DNA of 64,000 nucleotides. It comes from Gemmatimonadota bacterium (lineage in GTDB: Bacteria; Gemmatimonadota; Gemmatimonadetes; Palauibacterales; Palauibacteraceae). Of this stretch, positions 1 through 9,539 are shown piece by piece. Under the pieces are notes generated by a model, which made no database searches, was not told the DNA's origin, and saw only the letters and a list, made by a program, of their open reading frames with translations. The stretch spans positions 3,712,001 to 3,776,000 of the forward strand of contig OY762926.1 in the NCBI GenBank assembly GCA_963666735.1, given 5' to 3'. Within the stretch, counting starts at the first letter, position 1. Each line of letters starts with the position of its first letter. The position numbers and the translations under genes are program-made.

Positions 1-349
1 CACGTTGCTTTGGTCCATTCCGGTTTCCCGAGGATTTGGCCGACGGCTTCGATTTCTGGTTCGTGATCGCCACAACGGCTCCCTAATCGGGCTGTTCGCT
101 CTTGGAGATCCCGTCTTCAATCTCAATGCGCGCGACTCTTGGATCGGATGGTCTCACAGGGACCGGGCTTCCCGCCTCGTCCATGTAATGGATGCTTACG
201 TGCTCGGTGCTGTCCCACCCTACTCGCTTCTGATTGGTGGCAAGCTGATCGCGGCACTCATGGGAAGCCAGGAAGTCCAGGACGCATACGACCGCAAATA
301 CTTGGGCAAAAAGGGCATCATAAGTCAAAAGGCGAACCAGGCTAGCTAG
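1..349 (+). pseudogene. Druantia DruA / DUF4338-like protein fragment (5' part outside window, C-terminally truncated)
   Basis: Motifs WSIPVSRGFGRRLRFLV..LIGLFALGDPVFNL..RDSWIGW..MDAYVLGAVPPY..LIGGKL recalled from DruA-family proteins; visibly lower GC than flanks; stops right after GIISQK, where the family normally continues. Confidence 0.65.
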
Positions 350-401
350 TTCCGCCGGGAGCAGGGTAGCTTGTGCAGATATGGGTTGCGGGGACAACTA
401 C

Positions 402-1109
402 CTACTGCGGCTGGCTGTCGCCGCCCTTCAGCACGAGCAGGGTGTCGATCGCCGAGGAGAACGTCCCGAAGTCGGCGGCGCCCCGAAGGGCCACGCTGTC
501 GCCCAGGATGAAGTAGGGCGTACTCGAGATCCCGGCCTGCGTGACGCTGGTGTAGTCGCGGAGCACGAGCGGGGCCAGCGTGCTGTTCCGGACGCAGGAG
601 CCGAACGACGCGGGGTCGATGTCGATGTCCTCCGCGTACCCGACGAACAGTGCATAGGGATCGGCCGCGCCGCTCCACTCGTCCTGGCGCTCGAACAGGA
701 TGTCGTGCATGGGCCAGAACTTGCCCGCGGCCCCCGCGCAGTACGCCGCCTCGGTGGACACGAAGGCCTGCGCGTGTCCGGGATTCGCGTAGGCGATCCA
801 CAGGTAGCTGACCTTGCCCTCGGCGATGTAGGCGCTATCGATCCTCCCCAGCGTCTGCTCGTGGAACTGCCGGCAGTAGGGGCACTGGAAGTCGGAGATC
901 TCCACCACCCGCACGGGAGCTCCCTCTTCGCCCTTGATGCGGTTGCGGTCGGCCCGCTCGCGGGCCACCTGGGCATCGGGCGGCACGATGGAGCGCTCCT
1001 GCGTGCTCCCGGCCTCGGCCTCCGCGGCGCAGCCCGCCACGAGGACGACGAGGCCGGAGAGCAGGGCGGCAACGGGTACGGCGGGTCCGAAACGGAATCT
1101 GGCGTTCAA
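402..1109 (-). CDS. DsbA/thioredoxin-fold lipoprotein
   Basis: EISDFQCPYC CxxC motif, cis-Pro motif GISSTP, signal peptide ending LVAGC; TTG start overlaps upstream TGA (TTGA). Confidence 0.85.
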   Translation of the reverse strand: MNARFRFGPAVPVAALLSGLVVLVAGCAAEAEAGSTQERSIVPPDAQVARERADRNRIKGEEGAPVRVVEISDFQCPYCRQFHEQTLGRIDSAYIAEGKVSYLWIAYANPGHAQAFVSTEAAYCAGAAGKFWPMHDILFERQDEWSGAADPYALFVGYAEDIDIDPASFGSCVRNSTLAPLVLRDYTSVTQAGISSTPYFILGDSVALRGAADFGTFSSAIDTLLVLKGGDSQPQ

Positions 1110-2620
1110 CCCGGTTCTCCTGGTGAGAGGTCGGCGGCGGCCCGATGGAGCGCGTCGAGCACCTCGTCGAGGTGGCGCTCCTCCGTGTGAACGCTCCCGA
1201 CGGACAACCGTACAGTATAACGTCCGCCCAGTTCCGTGTGCGAGAGAAACGAGCGTCCCCCCGCGTTGACCCGGGCGAGAATCTCTCGGTTCAGCCGCTC
1301 CTCGCCCGCGGCGTCGTCTTCGCGCGGGGCACGAAAGCAGACGGTGCTGAAGGAGACGGGCGCCGCGAGTTCGAACGCGCCGCCCTCGACGAGGCGGGTC
1401 GCGGCCGCTTCGGCCATCGCGATGTGCCGGCGCATCGTCTCGGCCAGGCCGTCCGTCCCCACGCACCGGAACAGCACCCACAGCTTGAGCCCGCGGAAGC
1501 GGCGGCCGAGCGCCAGCCCGACGTCCATGAGGTTCGTCTCGTCGTCCTCCGATTCGAGGTAGGTCGGCGTCAGCGCGAGCGAAGCCCGGAAGGGGGCTAC
1601 GTCGCGATACAGGAGCACCGAACAGTCGAGCGAGGTCCCGAGCCACTTGTGGGGGTTGAGGACGATGGAGTCCGCCGCCTCCCAACCGCGGAAGTGCGCC
1701 CGCTGCTCCGGCGCCATGGCCGCCGGCCCCGCGTAGGCGGCATCCACGTGAAGCCAGACGCCGGTACGTTCGGCGATGGCCGCGAGGGCGGGGACGGGGT
1801 CGACGCTCGCCGTGGAGGTCGTGCCGATGGTCGCGCACACCATCGCCGGCAGAATCCCGCTCTCGAGGTCGGCGGCGATGGCCGCCTCGAGCGCCTCCGG
1901 GCGCATGCGGAACGCGGCGTCGGTCTCGATGCGCCGCACCGAGCGCCGGCCGAGTCCGGCCGCGATGGCCGATTTCTCCACCGAGGAGTGGGACTGCTCG
2001 GAAGTGTAGACCGCGAGGGGAGGGCCTCCGAGGAGTCCGTCGTCCCGCACTTCGGCGCCCGCGCGCTCCCGGGCCGCGAGCAGGGCCGTGAAGGTGGAGG
2101 TCGACGCCGTGTCGAAGATCAGCCCGGAGAAGGTGTCCGGGAGGCCGACGGCCTGCCGCAGCCAGTCGACGGCGGTTCGCTCGACTTCGGTCGCGGCGGG
2201 AGAGGTGCGCCACAACATTGCGTTCACGCCGACGGCGGCGACGAGCAGTTCCGCCGCGATGCTCGGCGCCCGCGTCGAACTCGAGAAATAGGCGAGGAAG
2301 CCCGGATGATTCCAGTGGGTGAGACCGGAGACGATGTGCTCGTCGAAGTCGGCGAGCACGCGCTCGAAGGGTTCCGGGGCGCGCGGCGGCGCCTTCGCGA
2401 GCGCGCGGCGCACATCGCCCGGCGCCATGTCGGGGAGGACGGGTCGTTCCTCGACGCGCCTCCGGTAGTCGACGGTCCACTCGGAGGCGAGCCCGAGCGC
2501 GTCGCGCAACGTCTCCGCGCTCCAGTCCCGGTTCCCGTCCCGCGCGCTCGCGGCGCCTGCGGCGTTGCGGGTGGCTTCGCGGGCGGCCCCGCCGTCCGGT
2601 CGATCGATGTGGTCCGGCAT
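1106..2620 (-). CDS. PLP-dependent aromatic-L-amino-acid decarboxylase (group II)
   Basis: THWNHPGFLAYF, SPAATEVE, HSSVEK, WLHVDAAY, NPHKW PLP-lysine motif; AGGAG RBS 5 nt before ATG at 2620. Confidence 0.9.
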   Translation of the reverse strand: MPDHIDRPDGGAAREATRNAAGAASARDGNRDWSAETLRDALGLASEWTVDYRRRVEERPVLPDMAPGDVRRALAKAPPRAPEPFERVLADFDEHIVSGLTHWNHPGFLAYFSSSTRAPSIAAELLVAAVGVNAMLWRTSPAATEVERTAVDWLRQAVGLPDTFSGLIFDTASTSTFTALLAARERAGAEVRDDGLLGGPPLAVYTSEQSHSSVEKSAIAAGLGRRSVRRIETDAAFRMRPEALEAAIAADLESGILPAMVCATIGTTSTASVDPVPALAAIAERTGVWLHVDAAYAGPAAMAPEQRAHFRGWEAADSIVLNPHKWLGTSLDCSVLLYRDVAPFRASLALTPTYLESEDDETNLMDVGLALGRRFRGLKLWVLFRCVGTDGLAETMRRHIAMAEAAATRLVEGGAFELAAPVSFSTVCFRAPREDDAAGEERLNREILARVNAGGRSFLSHTELGGRYTVRLSVGSVHTEERHLDEVLDALHRAAADLSPGEPG

Positions 2621-4691
2621 GCAAACTCCTGACTCCCTCGGGTCGTCCCCCGAATCTTCCGTCGAATCTGCCCTCGAGTCCCTGTGGCTCCTGCTGGCGG
2701 ATCTACGGGGTGCGGTCGAGGACGAGATCGAGGCCGTCACCACCGACCTCTCCCGCCGCCGTCTGAACCGGCCGATTCCGGCGCTCTCCGGACGCCTGCG
2801 GGGAGAAGCGGGGACCGGCTATCGCTACACGTTCCAGATCGCGGGGGGAACATACGACATCCGCGCGGACGACCGCGTGCGCATCCAAGCGGGCGGGCGT
2901 GACGCGCTCGGGACGGTCCACCGCTTCGACCGCACGCTCGGGCTCCTGCAGGCCGTGAGCCCGGAGTGGCTCGGCGAACGCCTCGACGGCGCCGACCTGG
3001 AGTTCGACCCCACGTGGCTGCTGCGCGAACTCTCCACGCGGCTGGCCGAGGTGGGCCAGGATCCGGAGGACTTCTTCCCGGACACCGTGCTCGGGACCTT
3101 CGGCCGGCTCCCTCCGCGCCTCGGCCGGGGGACTCCGCGACTCGACTCCTCCGATGACCTGAACGCGCCGCAGCGCGACGCCCTGGAACGGGTGCTGGGA
3201 AGCAGCGCCCAACTGGTCTGGGGTCCGCCCGGGACCGGCAAGTCCCGCCTCGTGGCGCGCGCGGCGCTGGAACTCGCGCTCGGCGGCCGAGTGCTCGTGG
3301 CCGCGACGACCAACGGAGCCGTGGACGAGATCGCGCGCCGCCTCGCCGCCATCGCCGACCCGTCGATGCTCGACCGCGACCGGATCATCCGCGTGGGCTT
3401 CGATCTGGGCGCTGCGCCCGACACGCGCATCGACCTGGGCGCGGCGCTGGCCCGGCGAATCGAGGGCGGCGCCGGCGGGGTGGACCGCACGCTCGCCGAG
3501 CACGAGGGGCGGCTGGGGGCCCGCCCGCCCTCAGGGTCGCGCGGGGCGTCAGGGGCGCGCGGGACGCGCGAGGAAGCCCCCGCCCTCAGTCCCTACGCCC
3601 GGGCCGGACGCCTGCTCTCGCTCGCCCGCGCCCGGAACGACACGGAGTCCGCCCGCAGCCTGGGCCGCGCCATGCTCGAGATCGCGCGCCAGGCGGAACT
3701 CGCGCTGGAAGAGGCGGACATCGTCCTCACCACCTTCGCCCGCCTCTCGATCCGAGAGGAACTCCGCGACCTGAGATTTGAATCCCTGCTCATCGACGAG
3801 GCGAGCACCGCGCCGCTCCCCTACGTGGCGCTCGCCGCCTCCAGGGTGGCGGGCCCCGCGATCGCCGTCGGCGATTTCCAGCAGCTCCCACCGGTCGTGT
3901 CGAGCACGGCCCCCGCGGCCGCGCGCTGGCTGCGCACGGACCTGTTCCGGGAAGCCGGCGTCGTGCCCGACACAGGGGCCGACGCGGGAGCCGGCGGCGC
4001 GCTGCCGTCTCCGAACGACGGGCTGTGCGCGATGCTCGATCTCCAGTACCGGATGGCGCCCGACATCCGCGAACTCGTGAGCGAGTTCTTCTACGGCGGA
4101 CGGCTCAGGGATGCGCCGGAGGTGGCGGAGCGCGCGACGCAGCGCGCGACGGGGCAGGGGACGGCGCACGCCGCCCTGGCCGTATTCGACACGAGCGGTC
4201 TCGATCCGCGGGTAGAACGCGTGGACGGCTCGCGGCGAAACCGGGCCCACGCCGAGGCCGTGGCGGACTTCGTGGGCGCGGCGGCCCGCGACGGGATCGA
4301 CGACATCGCGGTCGTCTCGCCCTACCGCGCCCAGACCCGTCACCTGAACGATCTCATCCGGCGCCGCCTCGGCCGCGCCGCCCCCGCCGGTCTCGAGGTG
4401 AGCACGATCCACCGCTTCCAGGGGCGGGAGAAGCGCCTCGTCATCATCGACACCGTGGATGCGCCCCCCGGCCGCAGCTGGTTCCTCGACGAGCGGCGGA
4501 ACCGGGACTTTCCCCGCCTGCTCAACGTCGCCCTCTCACGGGCGCGCGAGCGTCTCGTCATCGTCGCCACCGTCGCCGGCCTCAGGCGGACCCTGCCTCG
4601 CGAAGCTCTCCTGAACCGCCTCCTCGTCCACGTGGAACGATCCGGCTCGCGCATCGCCGCCGCTCCGACCGATCTCTGGCACGGCCGCTGA
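2619..4691 (+). CDS. Superfamily 1 (Upf1/DNA2/NAM7-like) helicase
   Basis: GPPGTGKS Walker A, IDEAS, VGDFQQLPP, QYRM, SPYRAQ, TIHRFQGREK, LNVALSRAR motifs; start approximate. Confidence 0.88.
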   Translation: MQTPDSLGSSPESSVESALESLWLLLADLRGAVEDEIEAVTTDLSRRRLNRPIPALSGRLRGEAGTGYRYTFQIAGGTYDIRADDRVRIQAGGRDALGTVHRFDRTLGLLQAVSPEWLGERLDGADLEFDPTWLLRELSTRLAEVGQDPEDFFPDTVLGTFGRLPPRLGRGTPRLDSSDDLNAPQRDALERVLGSSAQLVWGPPGTGKSRLVARAALELALGGRVLVAATTNGAVDEIARRLAAIADPSMLDRDRIIRVGFDLGAAPDTRIDLGAALARRIEGGAGGVDRTLAEHEGRLGARPPSGSRGASGARGTREEAPALSPYARAGRLLSLARARNDTESARSLGRAMLEIARQAELALEEADIVLTTFARLSIREELRDLRFESLLIDEASTAPLPYVALAASRVAGPAIAVGDFQQLPPVVSSTAPAAARWLRTDLFREAGVVPDTGADAGAGGALPSPNDGLCAMLDLQYRMAPDIRELVSEFFYGGRLRDAPEVAERATQRATGQGTAHAALAVFDTSGLDPRVERVDGSRRNRAHAEAVADFVGAAARDGIDDIAVVSPYRAQTRHLNDLIRRRLGRAAPAGLEVSTIHRFQGREKRLVIIDTVDAPPGRSWFLDERRNRDFPRLLNVALSRARERLVIVATVAGLRRTLPREALLNRLLVHVERSGSRIAAAPTDLWHGR

Positions 4692-4824
4692 CCGTTCACC
4701 CCATTGGCCGGATCGTCCTCATGCCGGGCGCGCCCCCTGACGAGCGCGCCCGAGGTTCCTCCCTGTGGGTGGTTGCTGTGACGTCCGTATGAAACCATAT
4801 GCAGATTGCAGATCGGCAATCGCA

Positions 4825-4854
4825 TTGACGCCGGCGGAAGCCGCCGGCTAAATT
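4825..4854 (+). promoter_or_regulatory. sigma70-type promoter P1 (TTGACG-N18-TAAATT)
   Basis: Near-consensus -35/-10; spacer is itself a GC inverted repeat; palindrome GATTGC-N6-GCAATC just upstream (4804-4821). Confidence 0.5.
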
Positions 4855-4939
4855 CCGATTTTCCTCCGCGAATCGCTGCGGGAAACGGACATCCCATCAA
4901 CGAATCTTTCAAAAAAATACAACGGACGGCCGTTCGAGG

Positions 4940-4968
4940 TTGACGTCCCAAAAAAATCTTTTTAGAAT
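4940..4968 (+). promoter_or_regulatory. sigma70-type promoter P2 (TTGACG-N17-TAGAAT)
   Basis: One mismatch to each consensus hexamer, 17 bp A/T-rich spacer, A-tract upstream (~4909-4921) in a GC-rich genome. Confidence 0.75.
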
Positions 4969-4974
4969 CAGAGC

Positions 4975-5269
4975 GTGCCAAGGGAGGCGGCACCGACCGA
5001 CCGGAGGTCGAGGCCGATGACCGCACCGCGAGTTGTCCGACGCGAGATCGCAAGACCGGGACGCGAGTCCCGGGCCGGAGGGAGCGGAGTTCCGGCAACG
5101 GAATGAGGCGACCAAGGGAAGAGGGATCAAGCACAGCTGGTCGGACAGACGGTACCAAGCTCGGCGGGGATTCTGGAAGACCGCGCAAGCTACCAGGATC
5201 GAGCGGAAGTTGGCTGTAAACAAGCTTCCTCGCTCAGCCCCTGACACCTTCGGGTGGCCAGGGGCTGAG
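4975..5269 (+). ncRNA. Candidate structured non-coding RNA, family not recognised
   Basis: Follows promoter P2; nested long-range helices and GNRA/UUCG-capped hairpins; no convincing CDS. Confidence 0.55.
5233..5269 (+). terminator. Strong GC hairpin with C(UUCG)G loop closing the candidate RNA
   Basis: CTCAGCCCCTG...CACC-TTCG-GGTG...CAGGGGCTGAG; no U-tract, so it may be a 3' stability hairpin rather than a classic intrinsic terminator. Confidence 0.5.
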
Positions 5270-5499
5270 TGCATCTACCCGTCCCGCTCGCGATCTCCAG
5301 AGTCCCCGGGCGGGTCCCGTCGCAGGGGTCGCGCGGAGGGATGGCGGAGGGATGTCGGACACCCGAGCGACGATGGACGTGCGCCCGGAGAGCGCCCGGA
5401 ATCCGATCCCCTGCACGCGCCCCGCCGGATTCGGACCGGTCGGCCGACTTTGAAGCCGTTGCGGCGAGGCGCACCACTCCGGACGACTTGTTTCGGTCT

Positions 5500-5660
5500 C
5501 ATTTTTTTGAAAAAAAGAGTGTCCACAAACTGTGGATATCTTGTCCAAATATCGTGGATTTTGAAATCGACGGGCAGCGCGCCCGCGAGCGGAGTCGCCG
5601 AGGAGCGAGTGCTGTCGCATCTTTCGGCCCTTCACGGCTTTCCGCGTCATGTGGAAAACC
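5500..5660. other. Cluster of DnaA-box-like 9-mers with AT-rich tract (possible oriC or DnaA-regulated site)
   Basis: GTGTCCACA 5519-5527, TGTGGATAT 5531-5539, TTGTCCAAA 5541-5549, TGTGGAAAA 5650-5658 (fits TTWTNCACA); T7-G-A7 tract 5502-5516. Confidence 0.45.
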
Positions 5661-5690
5661 GGTACGCCGAAAACCAACCGGGCGGTGCGA

Positions 5691-6125
5691 TTGAGAGTCG
5701 TGATCCAGCGGGTGAGCGGGGCCCGCGTGCGGGTCGGAGACGAGGTCGTGGGGACGATCGGCCTCGGACTCGTCGTCCTCGTGGGTTTCGCGCCGGACGA
5801 CTCCGAGGCGGAGATGATCTGGATGGCCGACAAGCTCTGGGGCCTGAGGGTGTTCGCCGACGAGGAGGGCCGCATGAACCGCTCCGCGCGTGACGCCGGG
5901 GGGGCACTGCTCATCGTCTCACAGTTCACGCTGTACGGTGATGCGGCGCGGGGCCGGCGTCCGTCCTTCACGGGCGCCGCGCGACCGGAGGCCGCGAGGA
6001 CGCTCTACGAGCGTTTCGTCGAGTTGTGCCGGGCGCGCGGGGAGGTGGCGGAAGGAGAATTCGGGGCGATGATGGAAGTGGAACTCACGAACGACGGCCC
6101 CGTCACCCTCCTGCTGGAGCGGTGA
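5691..6125 (+). CDS. dtd: D-aminoacyl-tRNA deacylase
   Basis: RVVIQRV start, SQFTLYGD, GRRPSF, GEFGAMMEVELTNDGPVT. Confidence 0.95.
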   Translation: MRVVIQRVSGARVRVGDEVVGTIGLGLVVLVGFAPDDSEAEMIWMADKLWGLRVFADEEGRMNRSARDAGGALLIVSQFTLYGDAARGRRPSFTGAARPEAARTLYERFVELCRARGEVAEGEFGAMMEVELTNDGPVTLLLER

Positions 6126-6679
6126 GTTTGGGTCCGCTGCGTCCCCCGCGTCCCCTGCGGATCGGAGTCATCGGCCCGGGAGAGGCGGCGCCGGCGGAGG
6201 CGAGCCTGGCCCGCGCGGTGGGAGCGGCCCTCGCCCGCGCCGGAGCCATCGTCGTGTGCGGCGGGATGGGTGGCGTCATGCGGGCGGCGGCCGACGGAGC
6301 CTCCTCGGAAGGGGGGACGGTGGTGGGGATCCTGCCCGGCGGCGATCCGCATGCCGCGGCGGACGGGGTCACGATCCCGATCCCGACCGGGCTGGGCGAG
6401 GCGCGTAACGTCGTCGTCGCGCGGGCATCGGAGGCGGTGGTCGCGATCGCCGGCGAGTGGGGCACGCTCAGCGAGGCGGCCTTCTGCCGGAAGTTTGGAA
6501 TGCCCGTGATCGGCCTCGCGTCCGCGTTGCCCGACGGCGTGGTCGAGGAGATAGCGGACGGCCCGGCGGAAGCGGCCGCCAGGGCGCTCGAACTGGCGGC
6601 CGCGCGTCGGGAGCGGCAGGAGCGGCACGGGCGGCGGGAGCGGCAGGAGCGGCAGGGACGACAGGAGGTGGACGGGTGA
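6122..6679 (+). CDS. TIGR00725 / LOG-family Rossmann-fold nucleotide-binding protein
   Basis: IGVIG..VCGGMGGVM..VGILPG..TGLGEARN..GEWGTLSE; GTGA overlap with dtd. Confidence 0.85.
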   Translation: MSLGPLRPPRPLRIGVIGPGEAAPAEASLARAVGAALARAGAIVVCGGMGGVMRAAADGASSEGGTVVGILPGGDPHAAADGVTIPIPTGLGEARNVVVARASEAVVAIAGEWGTLSEAAFCRKFGMPVIGLASALPDGVVEEIADGPAEAAARALELAAARRERQERHGRRERQERQGRQEVDG

Positions 6680-7062
6680 CCGGATTCGTGCTGTTCGGCA
6701 GCATTCTCCTCGTGCTCCTGATCACGATCATCTGGGCCGCGATCCGGGCCGGGGAGGACACCGGCGCGTCGCTGGGCGCCGCGGAACGGCGCGACGCGGC
6801 CATAGAGGCGCTGCGTGACCTCGAACTGGAGTACCGCACGGGCAAGCTTCGCGAGGAAGAGTACGCGACCCTGCGCGCCCGCCTGGAACGGACGGCCATC
6901 GACGCCCGCGACGCGGCCGCCCGGAGAGGGACGGGGGGCCCGGCGCCGGAGCCTGCGGAGCCGGCCGCATCCTCCCCATCGTGCTCGGAATGCGCCGCGC
7001 CCCTGGCCGGCGGCGAGGCCTTCTGCCCCACCTGCGGAGTCGGCCTCCGGCCCGACGCCTGA
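6676..7062 (+). CDS. Membrane-anchored protein with C-terminal zinc ribbon
   Basis: N-terminal TM, LRDLELEYRTGKL..EEY segment, CSEC...FCPTCG. Confidence 0.75.
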   Translation: MTGFVLFGSILLVLLITIIWAAIRAGEDTGASLGAAERRDAAIEALRDLELEYRTGKLREEEYATLRARLERTAIDARDAAARRGTGGPAPEPAEPAASSPSCSECAAPLAGGEAFCPTCGVGLRPDA

Positions 7063-7127
7063 TGGGCCTTGATGTACCCCCCGCGGTCTCAAGCGAGACC
7101 GCCGACCACGCCTATGGTCCCTGGGCG

Positions 7128-7479
7128 ATGCAAGCAGCAGTCGAATCAGGAGGTCGCAATCTGGCGCGACTCGGGGAACGGCTGGCGAGGGTCGAAGGGA
7201 TCATCGGGGGCTGGCGGCGGGTCCGCGCTGCGGATGCTGCGGAACCCGAACGCGGGTCACGGTGGGCTTGTTCATCGTCTTGGGCACCGTGGCCTGGCTG
7301 ATGCTCGACGGCTTAAGGGGGGAGATTGCCGCCGTCGAATTCCGCCTGAGCGCCGATACCAGGGAGACCGGAATCGCCTCGACCGGCGGTTGTCCGTATC
7401 GAGGACCGCATCGACCGCATCATTGAAATCCTGCCCGCCAGTCCCCGCGCGAGCCCCATGGAGCAGGGGCCCGCGGTAG
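7128..7479 (+). pseudogene. Degraded remnants of small coiled-coil/membrane protein gene(s)
   Basis: Protein-like pieces in shifting frames (LARLGERLARVEGII; VTVGLFIVLGTVAWLMLDGLRGEI; IEDRIDRIIEIL). Confidence 0.35.
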
Positions 7480-7676
7480 ACGCCCTTCGGGTGCGGTTGA
7501 TACCCCGTTGAGACGCCGCCCCATCCTGATCCTGGACGGTCGGATGCCACGGGTGGAGCAAAACCGAAGAAATTGCGAAAGGTCATCCGGCGTGGTATCC
7601 TCAACCTCCGCGGCGGCGGGTGATCGACTCCCCGTCATCTGCCCTGCGGGCCCTTCGAGAATCGGGAGAGCGTGAA

Positions 7677-8807
<1,131 letters not shown>

Positions 8808-8888
8808 GTTTCGGCCTCGGCCGCGACGCACGCGGGGACCCTTCCGTTAGGGACGGCGGCCACGGGCGGCCCTGACAGCTGGCGCCCT

Positions 8889-9539
8889 GTGAACGAGATC
8901 ACCGGCCTCGTCCCGGTCAAGCGCCGCTCCGGCTGGACCGAAGTCCAGTTGGACGGCGTTTCCCTCTGCCGGATTCCCGACGAAGACGTCCACCGGCTTC
9001 GGCTCGATGTCGGGCTCACGCTCGGATCCGCGGAACTCGACGCGGTCCAGGCCGCGGGCGGTCGCGCCGAAGCGATGTTCGTCGGGCTGCGCTACCTTTC
9101 CGTGCGCCCGAGGAGTCGCCGGGAAGTGGAACGCCGGCTGTGGCGAGACCGGATCGACCAGGCCGCGATTCGACACGCACTGGAACGTCTCGCGGCGCTG
9201 GGGTATCTCGACGACGCGCAGTTCGCCGCCAGCTTCGCACGGGATCGTATCCGGCTCAGGCCCTGTGGCACCCGTCGCATGCAGTCCGACCTTCTCGCCC
9301 GAGGCGTGTCGCGAGAGGATGCGGATCGCGGCATCCGCGAAGCGATGGCGGAGGAGGGCGCGACGGAGGAGGCGCTACTCGAGCGGGTCGCGGCGGCCCG
9401 GGCGCGGAGGCTGGCGGGGGTGGACCCGTCGAAGGCGCGTCGACGGCTGTTCGACTACCTGGCGAGACGCGGGTTCGCCGCGGGCAGCGTTCGCGCCTGG
9501 ATCAAGGTCAACTGGCAGGCCGAGGCGGATAAACGATGA
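8889..9539 (+). CDS. recX: Regulatory protein RecX
   Basis: Downstream of recA; LRYLSVRPRSRREV, GYLDDAQFA, LARRGF. Confidence 0.9.
   Translation: MNEITGLVPVKRRSGWTEVQLDGVSLCRIPDEDVHRLRLDVGLTLGSAELDAVQAAGGRAEAMFVGLRYLSVRPRSRREVERRLWRDRIDQAAIRHALERLAALGYLDDAQFAASFARDRIRLRPCGTRRMQSDLLARGVSREDADRGIREAMAEEGATEEALLERVAAARARRLAGVDPSKARRRLFDYLARRGFAAGSVRAWIKVNWQAEADKR

Noticed and set aside
5017..5106. 29-aa ORF MTAPRVVRREIARPGRESRAGGSGVPATE with GGAGG upstream
   Set aside because: SD and ORF are buried in the predicted helices and the peptide has no recognisable features; the RNA explanation is preferred, though a dual-function RNA is not excluded
5033..5893. 286-aa ORF across the intergenic region
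   Set aside because: Low-complexity translation, crosses the hairpins and DnaA-box tract, and overlaps dtd out of frame
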